From positions 63,488,001-63,552,000 of the forward strand of contig OX597821.1 in the NCBI GenBank assembly GCA_951406725.2: DNA of 64,000 nucleotides, written 5' to 3'. The position numbers were made by a program, and so were the translations under genes. Positions 41,209 through 55,061 of this stretch are shown piece by piece. Numbering within the stretch: position 1 is the first letter of the stretch; each line of letters starts with the position of its first letter. The notes below the pieces were generated by a model. That model saw nothing but the letters and a program-made list of their open reading frames with translations. It made no database searches and was not told where the DNA came from. This DNA is from Octopus vulgaris. Lineage: Eukaryota.

Positions 41209-41685
41209 GAGTGAGAGAGCAGTTCATGCCATCAAAGTAACACTGGGGTAAAATATACGAAGCCCAATATACCCATCATGACTACCCGTCTGATAAGGGT
41301 ACACCAGGCACATGCATCACAACCATATGTGCGCGACATGGTGTTCTCATATCAAGATAAACAGCACATGACCTTGCAGGTGGGGCCCTGTTAGAATTTT
41401 CTTCAGGTTGAGTAGCCCATCCCGCTCAAAAGGTCCCTGAATAAGGGTTGTTTAAGGATGTTGAGAGAACCACCCATGTTTCCAGAGGTGAATTATTCAA
41501 ACCCCAAAGAATCCCTCTCAACACATGGCTATGATGCTCCCCCACTACTTCTGCTCGTGATCAGAGATGCACATATCGTCAGCCACTAAGGGACATGCTC
41601 AACTAGTTACGGTCAAACAACTGACAAGCAAATCTGTGGTATTGAGCAGAATATTTGCTGTAGCCCATCTTTTATACCAAGACAA
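41209..41685 (-). mobile_element. non-coding (TAA)n-embedded element, copy 2 (5'-shortened)
   Basis: Reverse complement of 27577-28015; (TTA)n on both sides. Confidence 0.8.
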
Positions 41686-41732
<47 letters not shown>

Positions 41733-41734
<2 letters not shown>

Positions 41735-41939
41735 GCCGGCAAAATCAGAAAAAACACCGAACAAAATGCTTAGCGGTATTTCGTCCGTCCCCAATGTTCT
41801 GAGTTCAAATTGCGCCGAGGTCGACTTTGCTTTTCCTCCTTTCGTGCTCGATAAATTAATTACAAGTGAAAAACTGGGTTTGATGTAATCGACTAGTCCC
41901 CACCCCGAAATTTCTGGCCTTGTGCCTATAGTAGAAAGG
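41733..41939 (+). mobile_element. SINE family B (monomer)
   Basis: gagttcaaattgcgccgaggtcgactttgcttttcctcctttcg and tail ggccttgtgcctatagtagaaagg. Confidence 0.75.
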
Positions 41940-41952
41940 GTTATTATTATTA

Positions 41953-42026
<74 letters not shown>

Positions 42027-42062
42027 ATTATTATATTATCATTATGATCATTATTATTATTA

Positions 42063-42144
<82 letters not shown>

Positions 42145-45100
42145 GATTTGCACAGCTTCTAACGCTGGAGATGTACTACAGTGTCATCTGTTCACTGGCA
42201 GTGAACTAAGATAACACCACATTTTTCGAGCACCTTCCGGAGTATACAAGCGATTCCCCGCAGTGCTGTTTTCTGCAAGTACTCCACCATTAAAGCAGCT
42301 CTTATTTGTTCCACGGACTTCTCGAGATTATTGCACACTTTTCCTCAGGGCTCCGTCAATTATTCGTACTACTGCTACCTTTCCCTCGACAACAACTGCT
42401 TAACCTCCCAAGCTAACCTGTCATTTCTCTCGAATTTTCTTTCTTCCTTATCGCATGTCTTGTCAGCTGGGTATGCTATGTCTACGATCCAGCATAGTTT
42501 GTTTTCTTTCTCAATTAAGACTGTCCAGCTTCCTATTCTCTATCTCTTTCTATTATCTATGTATGCCATATCACTCGACTTTTCTTTCTTCCTTATCGCA
42601 TACCTTTTTTTCAGCTGGGCTTGCTATATCTATGATCCAGCATAGTTAGTATTCTTGTCCGGTTTCCTATTCTTTATCTCATGGTCGAAATGTATCATAA
42701 AATCCCATAGGTTCTTTGTATTTCTATTTTCGTTGATGCCTTCATGCTTGTGGTCGTACCAATTTTTTCCTCTGTCAAGTCTATACTTGTTGCAGAGATT
42801 TCACTGGACAAGCCTGGCTATATTTTAACCGCGTCTTTTATATTCCTTCTGGGCTAGTGGCGTATATTGGCTGGTAATATGCCATATGGTTTCACCGTTT
42901 CGTCCACAGATTCTGCACCTATCACTTTCTGCTGTGTTGTCTATTCTGTATCTTATGTAGTTTTCTCTCATTGCTTGCTCTTGGACAGCACAGATTAGAA
43001 CCTCCGTTTCCGGTTTTAAATAATTTTAGTCATCAGTGTGGCCATCTTTTGTCTCTGTATGTCTTATTTTCAACATTCCTATGAAATTGACCATGCATTT
43101 CTTTCTTTATCCACCTATTTTCAGTATGATTCGTTTTCAATTTCTTGTACAGTGCTTTATCTTTGCAATCTTTCATTCTACACAAGCCTGACCTTCCTAC
43201 TTCTAATAATAGCAGTTCTGTGGCATTTTTTACATACCATGCTATGTCGTTTACTTCTGCTCGAATGCTGTGTTCGCATCTAATAAGTCCTCTTTCCCTC
43301 TTTTTCTTGGTACATACAGTCTGTTTGTGTCACATTTTGGGTGGTGTGATCCATATCTAGTTAGTAACTTCCTCGTCTTTCTGTCTAAGCTGTTTAGTTC
43401 GTCTATTGTCCATGCGATTAACCCTGTTCCATATATAAGGAGTGAAACCGCCAGGTGTTGATACCTGCGATCTTATTCCATCCATTCAATTTCGACTTAA
43501 GTTTCGACTCAGTTTCAGTCTGAGCAAGTACTCCACCTTAAATTTTTCTGTCATTTCTTTCTCCATCAATTTATCCATTTCCAATAACACAAAGTACTTA
43601 TAGTCCGTCTCTTCTATCTACTTCATAACCACCTCCGACGGTATCGTTATCCCGTTCATACATTTGATTTTCCCTGTCTTCAAGACTAATACACCACACT
43701 TTTTCAGTCCGAACTCCATTCTGATATCAGTACTGAAAGTATACACCGTATCAACGCGGGAACTGACTTGGGCTTCATCATTACCATAAAGTTTGAGGTC
43801 ATCCATGAATTACAAATGGTTGACTTTCTGCTGGCGGCTTTTCGATACATACCCTACTTTTGCTTTCCTCAGAATCAGTGTTAGTGGCATCAAGCACAGT
43901 ACAAAAGATCAGTGGGGACAGGCATTCCCCTTGGAATATGTCTTTCTTGAATTCTATTGTCTCTAAACTTCTTCTATATGCTGTCATTTCGGTCCTCCAC
44001 TTCACCATACATTTTCCAAGTAATCGCTCAACATTCGATGCAATACCAAATAGGTTCATATATTCCATAATCTAAAAATGTGGGATCATATCGTATGCCT
44101 TACGATAATCGATCCATGACATGGCTAAGTTACTTTTCCTCCTCTAGCATTCTGTAAGTACAACTTTGTCTACCAGGAGTTGATCTATGGTACCTCTGCA
44201 CCTGCGTTTGCAACCTTTCTGCTCATGTGACAGGAGTCTATTTCTTCTCACATGTCCGTACATTGACTCTGCGACTATTCCAGTCAATAATTTTCAGATG
44301 AGTGGCAAACAGGATATCGGCTTGTAATTGTCTATTGCTTTTTTCGATGTTTTTCAAGCACAGAACTGTCCTACCTATTGCCAACTACTCTGGTTTTACT
44401 TGGTCGGAATGTAACAAGGTGTTGAGTTGTGCAGCTATTCGTGCATGACTTCCACCAAATCTGTTGATCCAGTAGCTTTGAACTCCATCTGGTCCTGGGG
44501 CCTTCTAGTTGCTAATTGTTTTGCTGATTTCCTTCACCTCCCTAACTGAAATGACTAGTTCTACCTATTTTGGACAGACCACGGATTGTTTCAGTTCTTT
44601 CAACCATTCAACATCCTTCTTGTGATCCTTATCTTTGGTCCAGATATCACTCCAAAATGTTGATGTTCAATGTTATCTGGTATCAACTTTTCATCTGTAC
44701 ATTTTCTATTTATTTCTTTGTAGAATCTCTTCTGATCTACTCTGAATAGCCTATTCTGCTGGTATCCTTTCATTCTTTGGTCGTATCTTGCTATCTTTGC
44801 TTTCTTTGCAACGAGGCGCTGTTTCAATTCCTCCATTACTACTTTCAAGCCTTTCTTTCAATATCATACGTCCTGTTCAGTGCCCTGTATTTTTTTTCGC
44901 TTTTAAGTTTCCCCTTCTCTTTTCGATCTAACACAGAAATGCCTTTCGGTAGCATATCTAACCCGCCTGTATTCTTCTTTTCTACCATGGATATTTTCTT
45001 TTGTCACTCCCATTATATTTCTTTTTCTTGACATCAACACTCACATTTTCTGCTACAACAATACTTGCTACCTTGATCAAATTGTTTGTTTCTGTGATGT

Positions 45101-45910
45101 TTTTTGTTCCGATGTATTTCAGTATTCCATTCACGTTCGTTTCTTGGTTCAATTTCCACCGATCAACCTTTTTAAGGTTGCAAATAATGTCGCTATCGTT
45201 CTCCTCTAGCCTTGCTTTCATTCTCTAGTAGATTGCATTTTGCCCATCTGTCATGTCCCTATTACTATTATTGTGTTCTTCTAAACCATCTATATGTCTC
45301 GTATCGAGGAATCTATCACTGTTCCTTTCCTGTGGTTTATTACATATTTCACCTCTGTTTTGTGCTATGAGATTAATTTTATCGGTAGGAACTGTATTTC
45401 TATCGTTTCCTCTGCTGCTGTTCTCCAATACCCGTCTTTTGATAGCTTCGAGCTATACTTCTGTGAACCATTGATTTTTCTTATTGCTCTAGCTTGATCA
45501 CATAATATCTGTTCCGTGAGTTGAAACAATCCTCTTTCTCTCCATTGATCATATATACATTGTCAGTATCCCCTAATATGAAAGTCATTTTCGTCTACAG
45601 CGTTGCTTATGTAGTATCACTCCATGACCACAGCATTGACTTGTTTGTTCTATCTACGCCGTGTGTACTGGTCCATTTCTCGATAACGACAGGCTGGAGT
45701 CGGATCAGTACCCCTGAACCTGCCGGGTGCAACACTGTCACCACAAAGGGCTTCAATTTCATTTCCACCGTTAATCACAGTATTTGGTTTTTTTCATTGT
45801 CACTCATATGCAGTAGCAATTATCAGTTTGTGCAATTATCAATGTTTTTATTGTGACACCATCACTGGATGTATCATCAATCTGGACATGGGGAGATCCT
45901 AACGCTTCAT
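42145..45910 (-). mobile_element. near full-length degraded R4/Dong-clade non-LTR retrotransposon
   Basis: Minus strand order: N-terminal TEQIICDQARAI, ITETNNLI, QQNRLFRVDQKRFY, APGPDG, IDYRKAYD, IFQGECLSPL, MDDLKLY (RT), AVQEQ, CRIC, PD..IIDIA, LQKTAL. Long (TTA)n at both ends; many stops and frameshifts. Confidence 0.9.
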
Positions 45911-45954
45911 ATTATTATTATTATTATTATTATTATTGTTATTATTATTATTTA

Positions 45955-46038
<84 letters not shown>

Positions 46039-46519
46039 CATCATCATCATCATCCATGATATTATTATTTTCACTTTTTTACTATTTGTCATTGTTAATA
46101 TTTCTGACATGAGTTTTAACTCATTAATACTTTCGTGTTAGTACTAGGCTCCAGGTCTTATCTATTAGCGTAGACAATTTGATAGTGCACCGCTTCTACT
46201 ATTTTAAACAAATAAATATAGTCAAACGGGACAAAGAAGCAAACAAAAAACTAATATCCACCCCTAGTTGTTTCCGTGGAGGAGTATTTATTTGTTAAGG
46301 CCGTGGGGTGGGAGTATATATCTGTTTAATGCTTTAGTGATCAATAATGACTAGTCTTTGTCATTTGTTTTTATTGGATTCTGCTGAGATCGACTTGCAT
46401 ACTTTCCGGGCCTTAAAATGAGTACCAATCAAGCACTTGGGATGATGCTATCGAGAGGTTTGGTAGCACAAGTGTCTTCCAATCTTAACTTGTGTTTTTT
46501 TGGTGGGGTTTTCTCCTCT

Positions 46520-46790
46520 TGAATACAGTGTAGCAGGTTTCTGAAAGCCTTGAATACTTGTCACAAGCCCAGTATATTTCAGTCCCTTCGGTAGCAGCTT
46601 GATGTCGTACAGCTTTCATCAATTACCGCAGGAATAATTGTCGTCCAACCTCTGTCCCTCTCCATGCCAAGTTCCATCTCTCTCTTAATTTCCTTGATTT
46701 CATTGATAAACACTTGACTGTGATATGTTAATGACAAGTCAATAATTTCATGCTGCTTTCTTCTTGCCTCATATCTGGTTTCCATATTTC
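46520..46790 (-). mobile_element. old R4-type endonuclease relic
   Basis: IIDLSLTYHSQVFINEIKEI..TIIPAVI..IQGFQKPATLYSR resembles the REL C-terminus of the other copies. Confidence 0.4.
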
Positions 46791-48001
46791 AATACTTATA
46801 ATCTTGTATTTCTTTACTTGTTTCAGTCATTTGACTGTGGCCATGCTGGAGTACCACCTTGAAGGTTCATCATGATATTTTGTTTTTGTTTTTATTTGTT
46901 CTACTCACCCTTTAGTTTTATCTTATCAGACTGAGACTAGCTTTCACGCTTATATTCTATACTTATTCTAATTTTCATGTTATTTTATCATTTATCAGCT
47001 TTCTGACTTGTAATTATTTTTCTAGTTCTACAGCTGTTACATCGTAGTAGCCTTTTTGAATTATTTTTCATTTACTACTAGCATACATACCACTCATCTA
47101 TAACTGGTATGTATATATTAAGTATATCAAATCTATGAATGTATTTTCGGATGGCCGCGAAGAAGTTTATTACATTGTTTCCAGTCAAACTTTTCAATTC
47201 CCTAACATTCAGATAATTATGTTTAAGTTTTATTTTATATCTAACTCATTAAATAAGTTATACACAGTTTTTGTTTTCTACTATCTGAGTTCAGGTTTTA
47301 ATCTTATTCTGAATGTTCTATCATAATTTTTTTGCCTAATTTCCTTTTTCCTATCAGTATGTGAAACACGAAAAACATCATTATGTTTTTGTCTTCGTCT
47401 GAAAACATAGTCTTTTCTAAATACATAGTTATTTAGTTGCATGCCCGTGTCATTATGTCTATGTTTCTGTTGCTGTATGATTTGTAACGTTCCTGTGAGT
47501 TTTCCAAATACTTCTTCGGTTCCCACTCACCTGCCACGTTTCATTTTTAAAACACACACGATAACAATTTTCAAAGTTTGAATACTTTGACATTTCAAGA
47601 TGTTTGGATAATCTTATTTGAATAAAGCAATAATAGCTTATATAATATATTGCATTTGTAAACCAGGGAGACAGATTTCTCAACAGATGTTGGAAGTAAT
47701 CATTACATATTGCCTGATAAAATTCTTTCTTCTGTCTACTATATCGAGGTGATAATTTACTATAATTTACTTCTAACAGAAGATTCAAATCATGTCTAGA
47801 GTATATCTAGAATATGCATCGTCGTATGATCGAAATAATCAATTGTTTATTTGGTATCATTTTTTGGTATAATTCTTTTTTTACTTCAGAATGTAAATTT
47901 CTTATGTGAATTTATACTTCTGTCTCTGAGGTTCACTTCACAGTAAATAAACTGCCTCACATTCACTTCATTACAATCAACTCATTTAAAAATTTTATTA
48001 T

Positions 48002-48072
<71 letters not shown>

Positions 48073-48134
48073 CATTTCATTTTTGGATTTGGTTTGCAAG
48101 ATTCTTTATGCAAGTTCGTGTGTTGAAGCATATT

Positions 48135-48459
48135 CTGTTGTGTCTGGGGAGAGTCATTTTATTCTTGTGCCTCATAATTTAACACACTCACCGGTAAAAT
48201 TTCCACTTATTTCTTATTTTTATTTTCCTAAAATTTTCGCTGCGTCTTGCAACCTTTTCAATAGTCTTGACTCTGTCCGTTATTTACACTGCGTTTTTTG
48301 TGGGGTTTTTTTGTCGGACAGAGTCAAGACTATTGAAAAGGTTGCAAGACGCAGCGAAAATTTTAGGAAAATAAAAATAAGAAATAAGTGGAAATTTTAC
48401 CGGTGAGTGTGTTAAATAATAAGGCTCAAAAAGAAAATGATTCTCCTCAGACATAACAG
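48135..48459. repeat. long foldback (arms 48135-48279 / 48315-48459), probably Penelope-like terminal repeats
   Basis: Inner ~100 bp are essentially perfect reverse complements; outer ~40 bp are diverged; 35-bp spacer. Confidence 0.88.
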
Positions 48460-48749
48460 TACATATTACATATTTTCTTTATTCGTGAATTAATTCCATA
48501 TATCCAACAAAGCGGTATTAAGCACTCATTTCATGGTTCGACGTTTACGTATATGTATTATATATTATATATTGTATATTATATATTATATATTATATAT
48601 CATATATACAGCCTTGGACAAAAGTATTTGGTCATCCCAATGTTTGGGATTCTGCTATCACAACGTTAATGAAACCCGTACACATGGTAGGTTATGGTAT
48701 ATTTCACAATATACAATAATTTTAATATCTGGTTGACCCTCCTTTAGCA

Positions 48750-49408
48750 TCAATTACCACATGGTTGCGGTTTCTCTCCAACTGCATGGTACCTTGAGCA
48801 GGTGTCTTCTACAAAAGTCACTGACCGACCGTAGTTCAGGGATTTGGTAGACAGAAACAGAAAGAAGCTCGCCAAGTGTTTATGTGTATATGTGCCAATG
48901 TATATGTGCGTGTGTGTGTATTTTCGGTTCTCTCCACCACTGCTTGACAACCGGGACCGGGCTGTTGATGTCTCCGTAAGTTAGCAGTTCAGGATTAGCG
49001 ATGGGTTGAGTAAGTACCAGGATTAAAAAGAAAATTAAGTACCCATTTTGATTCGTTCGTCTAAAAATCCTTCAAGCTGATGTCTATGCATGGCCGTAAT
49101 CCAAAGACTGAAACAAAAACTTAAAGATAATAAGTAAGCCAAATATTGGTTTATATAGATGCCTTTATTCTTTTACTTGTTTCAGCACCGCCTTAAAAAG
49201 GTTTATTAGTCGAAGAAATCGACTCCAGTACTTATTCTTTGTAAACCTAGTACTTATTCTATCGATCTCTTTTGCTGAACCGTTAAGTAACGGGAACATA
49301 AACAGACCAGCATCGGTTGTCAAGTGACGCTGGTGGGAAGACAAACTCAAACACAAAGATAAACGCACGCAAACATATACCTATATACATACATACACAC
49401 AGACACAA

Positions 49409-49465
<57 letters not shown>

Positions 49466-49995
49466 GGGATTCTTTCAGTCTGCCAAATTCACTCAAGGAT
49501 TTGGTCTGCCCGAGGCTATACTAGAAGACACTTTCCCAATGTGCCACACTGTGGGTTTGAACTCGAAACCATCTGGTTGTGAAGCAAGCTTCTTACCACT
49601 CACCCATATCTGCGCCAACTAAAATTTTGAAGTCTATGATTATATCACTGTTAATGTAAATAGGCTCAGACATGAGTGTGTGGTGAAAGGTTGCTTCCCA
49701 ACCGCATAGTTCCGGCCCCTTCTATTATACTCTCGGACCGAGCAAAGCCTTGTGAGTAGATGTGATGATTGGAAACTGAAAGAAGCCTGTCATTTCTTTA
49801 TATACACCGCTTGATAACTGATGTTGGCTTGTTGACGTCCATGTAGCTTAGCGGTTCAGCAAGAGATATCGATAGTATAAGTACTAGGCTTTCAAAAGTA
49901 CAGGAGCAGATTCATTCAACTAAAAATTCTTTAAGATGGTGTATTAGCATGGCCACAGTTTAATGACTGACACAATTTAAAGATTAAAGGTAAAA
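48750..49995. mobile_element. cluster of three SINE A copies: + (48750-49135), - (49164-49616), + (49662-49995)
   Basis: Each aligns to the 13951 element (gaaactgaaagaagc, cttgacaac, gactgaaac tail) in alternating orientation. Confidence 0.8.
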
Positions 49996-51559
49996 GTAAT
50001 ACTATGTATATGTGAATTTATGTGTCTGACTGTGTGTGCTTATGTGTGTTTGTGTGCATGTGTGTATGTGTGTGTGTGTATGTGTGTGTGTGTGCTCACG
50101 TGTATGGTTCCTGAAGAGGAACTTGTTACTCTACTCGAGATCCAGTTATCAATATTTATATATATTGTCTATCATGACAGACACTTCGCTGACAATCGAA
50201 CACGCTCGATTATAATTTTGTTTCTAGACCAGTATCCTACCCACAGACTATCTTATGATGACAGATAAACACACCCTCATATAAGTGTAAAAAGATACAG
50301 TTATTGAAATTAGAGAAAATCTAATTCAGCTACACAAATGATTGCTTAGAGCACTAATAGTGAATTATCTGAGAAATATGTAAATTCGACTAGAATATTC
50401 CAAAAATATGCAGATAGATGTATTTTGTAAAAATATATGCTCAGTGAATCTACTAATACCAACTTTAGGTAAACACATAAATCAAAATATATAGTTCGTA
50501 AGGCATTTTATGTTGTACACATTAAATATACACATTTTATCTTGTTCATATAAACTTTGCCACGTTGCATGTAATATCCTATTGTCAGACAGAAATTATT
50601 AGCCGCAAATGTTCTAACATTATTTTAAACAACATATATGCGTTAGACATCATTCTAGCGATTATACAAGAAATTTCTTAAATGTACATGTGTTTATAAC
50701 GACATATATGATATTAACACCTGTGAATACATTTACTTGTGCAAAACGATATGAACCGAAATTTGATTATTCTAATATATTACTAACTTTGCAATTTCAT
50801 TTGGAGATATTTATAACTTCGTAAATGTATTAAGAAAATATCAGTGTAATGATATAACCTAAAACGAACTCGATATTCGTGAGCAGATAAGGCCTCATGG
50901 AAATTTGTATTTTTCTGCACTGATCGTGATGTTATGTATTTTCATTACATTTGCTGTTTGTCGTCTTTTCTTATTAATCAAATATTTGTAAAATTGTCGA
51001 TGTTATTTTACTCACATTCCATTTATTTTATTCTCTTTTATTGTCATGATGAAAGATTTTTCAAATTACTTGATTCAATTATAGCACCACTCCCTCTTAA
51101 TTTCGTCTTTTCGCGTTATATATATATGAAAAAAATATTCCTAATACAGAAAGATCGTGACATTTTCCGAATCGAATTATTTCAAATTAATTGAAGTTTA
51201 CATGTGATGGTCTCTAGCTTTTCAGAAACATTCATATTTACAAGCGTATTTCAATCTTTATTATGTATATATAGCTTATCATTTAAATAAAATAACCAAG
51301 TTAGTTTTTCAAGGAATTAATTAACTATGAATTGATAGAAAAAAATTAGAGAACATATACCTAGATTAGAGAAAATTCTATTAGCGTTTCTGCTTATTAA
51401 ATTATAAGATGTAAAAGCAGGCTGAATTTCTGTATGAGCAAACTAAAAGAATGTTCACACGCACTCACAGACACGCTCACACGCCTACACACATGAACAC
51501 ACACACACATACAAACATATATACATAAATATATAACATATATATAACATGCATGTATC

Positions 51560-51648
<89 letters not shown>

Positions 51649-51889
51649 TGTATATAAGTATTTATGAAGTTATATAGTTTACTTTTAAATGAATGTAGTA
51701 TTAAATTTAACGAGAATGCATATCATGCACAGACAAAATATCTATAACTTTATAACATATTTTTTAACATCTCCAGGGATGACATATGTAACAATATTAT
51801 ATATGTGCTAATAAACCAACAATTATAAGTTCACTCTCTATACATTCTCTTTCGGTCTTACCTCCTTTCCCAATTTACACTCACTACAA

Positions 51890-51932
<43 letters not shown>

Positions 51933-52098
51933 AAGAAAAAAGCAACAAGAATGGATTTTCTTGTTTATAATCACCCCACATTATTTTATGGTTAATACCA
52001 TATAGATTTCTGGTGCATCTAAGTTAAGTATTGCATTCAAGTGAATTCATTGGCACTCACTTGAATCTTAATTGCTTTTACTGAAAATATATATATAC

Positions 52099-52155
<57 letters not shown>

Positions 52156-52323
52156 TGCATATATATATATATACATATATACACACACATATATATATAC
52201 ATATACACACATATATATGTATGTGTGTGTATGTATATATATATATATATATATATAGTGCAATATGTCGGATACAGGTTTGTTCATTAACCTGTTAGAC
52301 AGGAGGTTTTACATATATATATT

Positions 52324-52365
<42 letters not shown>

Positions 52366-52390
52366 TGTGCACATTTAAATATATATCACC

Positions 52391-52916
52391 ATGACTGATC
52401 ACTAAATCCGCAAGTTCTTTTATTTCCTCTCTGCTTATTTCTTCGTGTTTCTCTCAGTTGAAGAGCGTAGGCTCGAAACGTAAAAGACTTTCTAATTTTC
52501 CAAAGCGGCAAACTAATACACCTGTTTGTTGTTTATACACCCTTCTTCGTCTTTTCTGTAAAATTTCAACTATATATATATTCTTTTACTTTCTTTTGTT
52601 GCAGTCATTCAACTGCGGCCATTCTGGAGCAACACCTTGCATATATATATATGTGTGTGTGTGTGCAAGGCGTTGCTCCAGGATGGCCGCAGTTGAATGA
52701 TTGCAACAAAAAAAAGTAAAAGTATATGTATATATAGTTGAAATTTTACAGAAAAGACGAAGACGGGTGTATAAACAACAAGCAGGTGTATTAGTTTGCC
52801 GCTTTGGAAAATTAGGAAGTCTCTTACGTTTCGAGACTACGCTCTTCAACAGAGAGAAACACGAAGAAATAAGCAGAGAGAGAATAAAAGAACTTGTGGA
52901 TTTAGCGATCAGTCAT
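52391..52916. repeat. 526-bp palindrome; each arm is a hammerhead-like/Penelope-type repeat plus a SINE A tail
   Basis: Arms 52391-52641 and 52664-52916 are reverse complements (about 90% by eye), with a 22-bp (TA)/(TG) spacer. Confidence 0.92.
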
Positions 52917-53544
52917 ATAGCGTTTGTTTTCACGACTTCTGTTTAAAACCTACCGGCATATAAAAAGACACCGAAATTTTGGTATTATTTGTTTCTATTT
53001 TTTTTTCTCTTATTCTCTAAGCACTTTTACTTTTCCTTCCTTCACAAAGAGAAAACTGAGATAAGTTAAATCTTCCATTTCTTCATATGTGGCATATATT
53101 TTCCTACCCCTTGTATTTTCTGTCTTTAATTTCTTACTCTTCCATCATTCTGTTTGTGCTCGATTATACATATATATATATATATATATATAAATGTGCG
53201 TATGTGTGTGTGGGTGCGTACGCTTACATGCCTAAGTATCTACGTATGTATGAGATTAAACAGAAAGAAGCGAAAGAGATAATCCAATAATAACGAACAA
53301 GTCATATAGCAGTAACTATTCCCTTTATCAGATTCATTTATATAAAAAAAAGCCGTTACTATCCTCATTATTCAAGCTATTTGTATACATTCCTTGTTGC
53401 ATAAAGATTTGGAACGCCTATAGAAATTTAACATTCTTAAAATACGTATGCACACTTACCACATTCACACAAACTCACACACACACACACACTCACACAT
53501 GCACACGCACACACACACACATATTGGATTAGATTTATTTTATT

Positions 53545-53860
53545 CTTTTATTGTTACTTGTTTCAGTCATTTCCCTGCGGCCATACTGGAGCACCGCCTA
53601 TAGTCGAAGAAATCGACCCGAGGACTTATTTTTGTGAGCCTAGTACTTATTCTATCAGTCTCTTTTGCCGAACCCGAACCTCTAGGATAAGGAGCACATA
53701 AACACATCGACATAGATTGTAACTTAGCGGTTCGGCAAACGACACCGATAGAATAAGTACTAGGCTTACAAAGAATAAGTCCTGGGGTCGATTTTCTCGG
53801 CTAAAGATGGTGCTCCAGCATGGCCGCAGTTAAATGGCTGAAACAAATAAAAGAATAAAA
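53545..53860. mobile_element. two SINE A 3' halves in inverted orientation (- then +)
   Basis: 53553-53675 is the reverse complement homologue of 53728-53850. Confidence 0.8.
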
Positions 53861-53994
53861 CATATATATATGTATGTGTGTGTGCGTGTGCGTGCATGCG
53901 TGGGGTTTGTGTGTGTGCCTCTGTGTGTATGTATGTATGTATGTATGTATGTATGTATGTATGTATGTATGTATGTATGTATGTGTGTGTGTTC

Positions 53995-54140
53995 TGAAGA
54001 TATGTGGCCTGATTTCGTTACCCAAACAAGCAGGGCGTTGTGTTCGTGAGCCGAGCACTTCATTTCACGTCGCTCCATTTCATTCACCCGTGAATGAGTT
54101 AGCTTGTGGCAGTCTCCGACCAGGGGGCATGTGGGCAAGT
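53995..54140 (+). mobile_element. SINE family C fragment
   Basis: gcgttgtgttcgtgagccgagcacttcatttcacgtcgctcc, homologous to 20918-20962. Confidence 0.5.
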
Positions 54141-54359
54141 TTTGCGTGGTATGATACGAAAGCTAAAACGATGCAAAGCATAATGTAACTAGCGTGTATA
54201 TCATCCTAGAGACTGGAACACACCGAGACCACTAGAAGAATGTACCAAAGCAACCTTGGAAAGAGGAAAACTAGTTAAGAGTAACAAACAATATTACATT
54301 AGATAAAGGAAATGAAAAAAAAAAAAAGAGAATTAGGCCAAAGCCAAATACAAGTAATA

Positions 54360-55026
54360 AAAATCAATGTTCCACAATCTCCACCAGTTTGCTCGCTCGA
54401 CATCTCTCAACTCATAGTCACAAACAACGTTTTCTTTATCGCATTGTCACTGGTGATGAAAAATGGTGCCTTCACGTCAATATGAAGCAGCGAAAAGAAT
54501 GTTCCAGCTCTAACAAACAAGCGACTCCACGAGGAGAACAAGAGCTTCACACTCGAAAGACCATGGTGTGTGTATGGTGGGATTGGGAGGGCATACAAAG
54601 TGCTCGAGCACAACCAAACGCTCAATGCGGAGCTCTACGTTCAACAACTGCATCAACTCAGCGAAGCAATTCAGCAAAAAGACCGAACTGGTGAAATGGC
54701 GTTCTTTTGCAACACGAAAACGTCCGTCCTCACATCGCCAATATGACCAAAACCGCGATTAGAGAACTCGAATGGGAAGTGCTGCCTCATTTCGAACGCT
54801 CTCGCGGTGTATCGTTCAAAAATATCGTGGAATTGAGGGCTTGGTTAGACGAAATCTTTGAATCAAGAGCAGGAGAGTTCTATCGCCAATTTATCGAAAA
54901 TCTTATTGAACGATGGGAGAAAGTCGTAAACAATAACAGAGAGATATATTTTAGATTAATTTGTTGTAGTTTTTTTTTTATTAAAATAAATTTGAAAGAA
55001 AAAACTCTCATGGATTATTCCTAAAC

Positions 55027-55030
<4 letters not shown>
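54360..55030 (+). mobile_element. 5'-truncated mariner transposon
   Basis: FLYRIVTGDEKWCLHVN, RKTMVCVWWD, QHENVRPH, LEWEVLPH, ERWEKVVNN. The YSPD region is deleted. Right TIR-like end ...aaacccaa|ta. Confidence 0.88.

Positions 55031-55061
<31 letters not shown>

Noticed and set aside
47531-47713. Possible minus-strand 183-bp exon with CAG|GTGAGT donor
   Set aside because: The peptide is not protein-like or recognisable, the acceptor is weak, and no partner exons were found; left unannotated.
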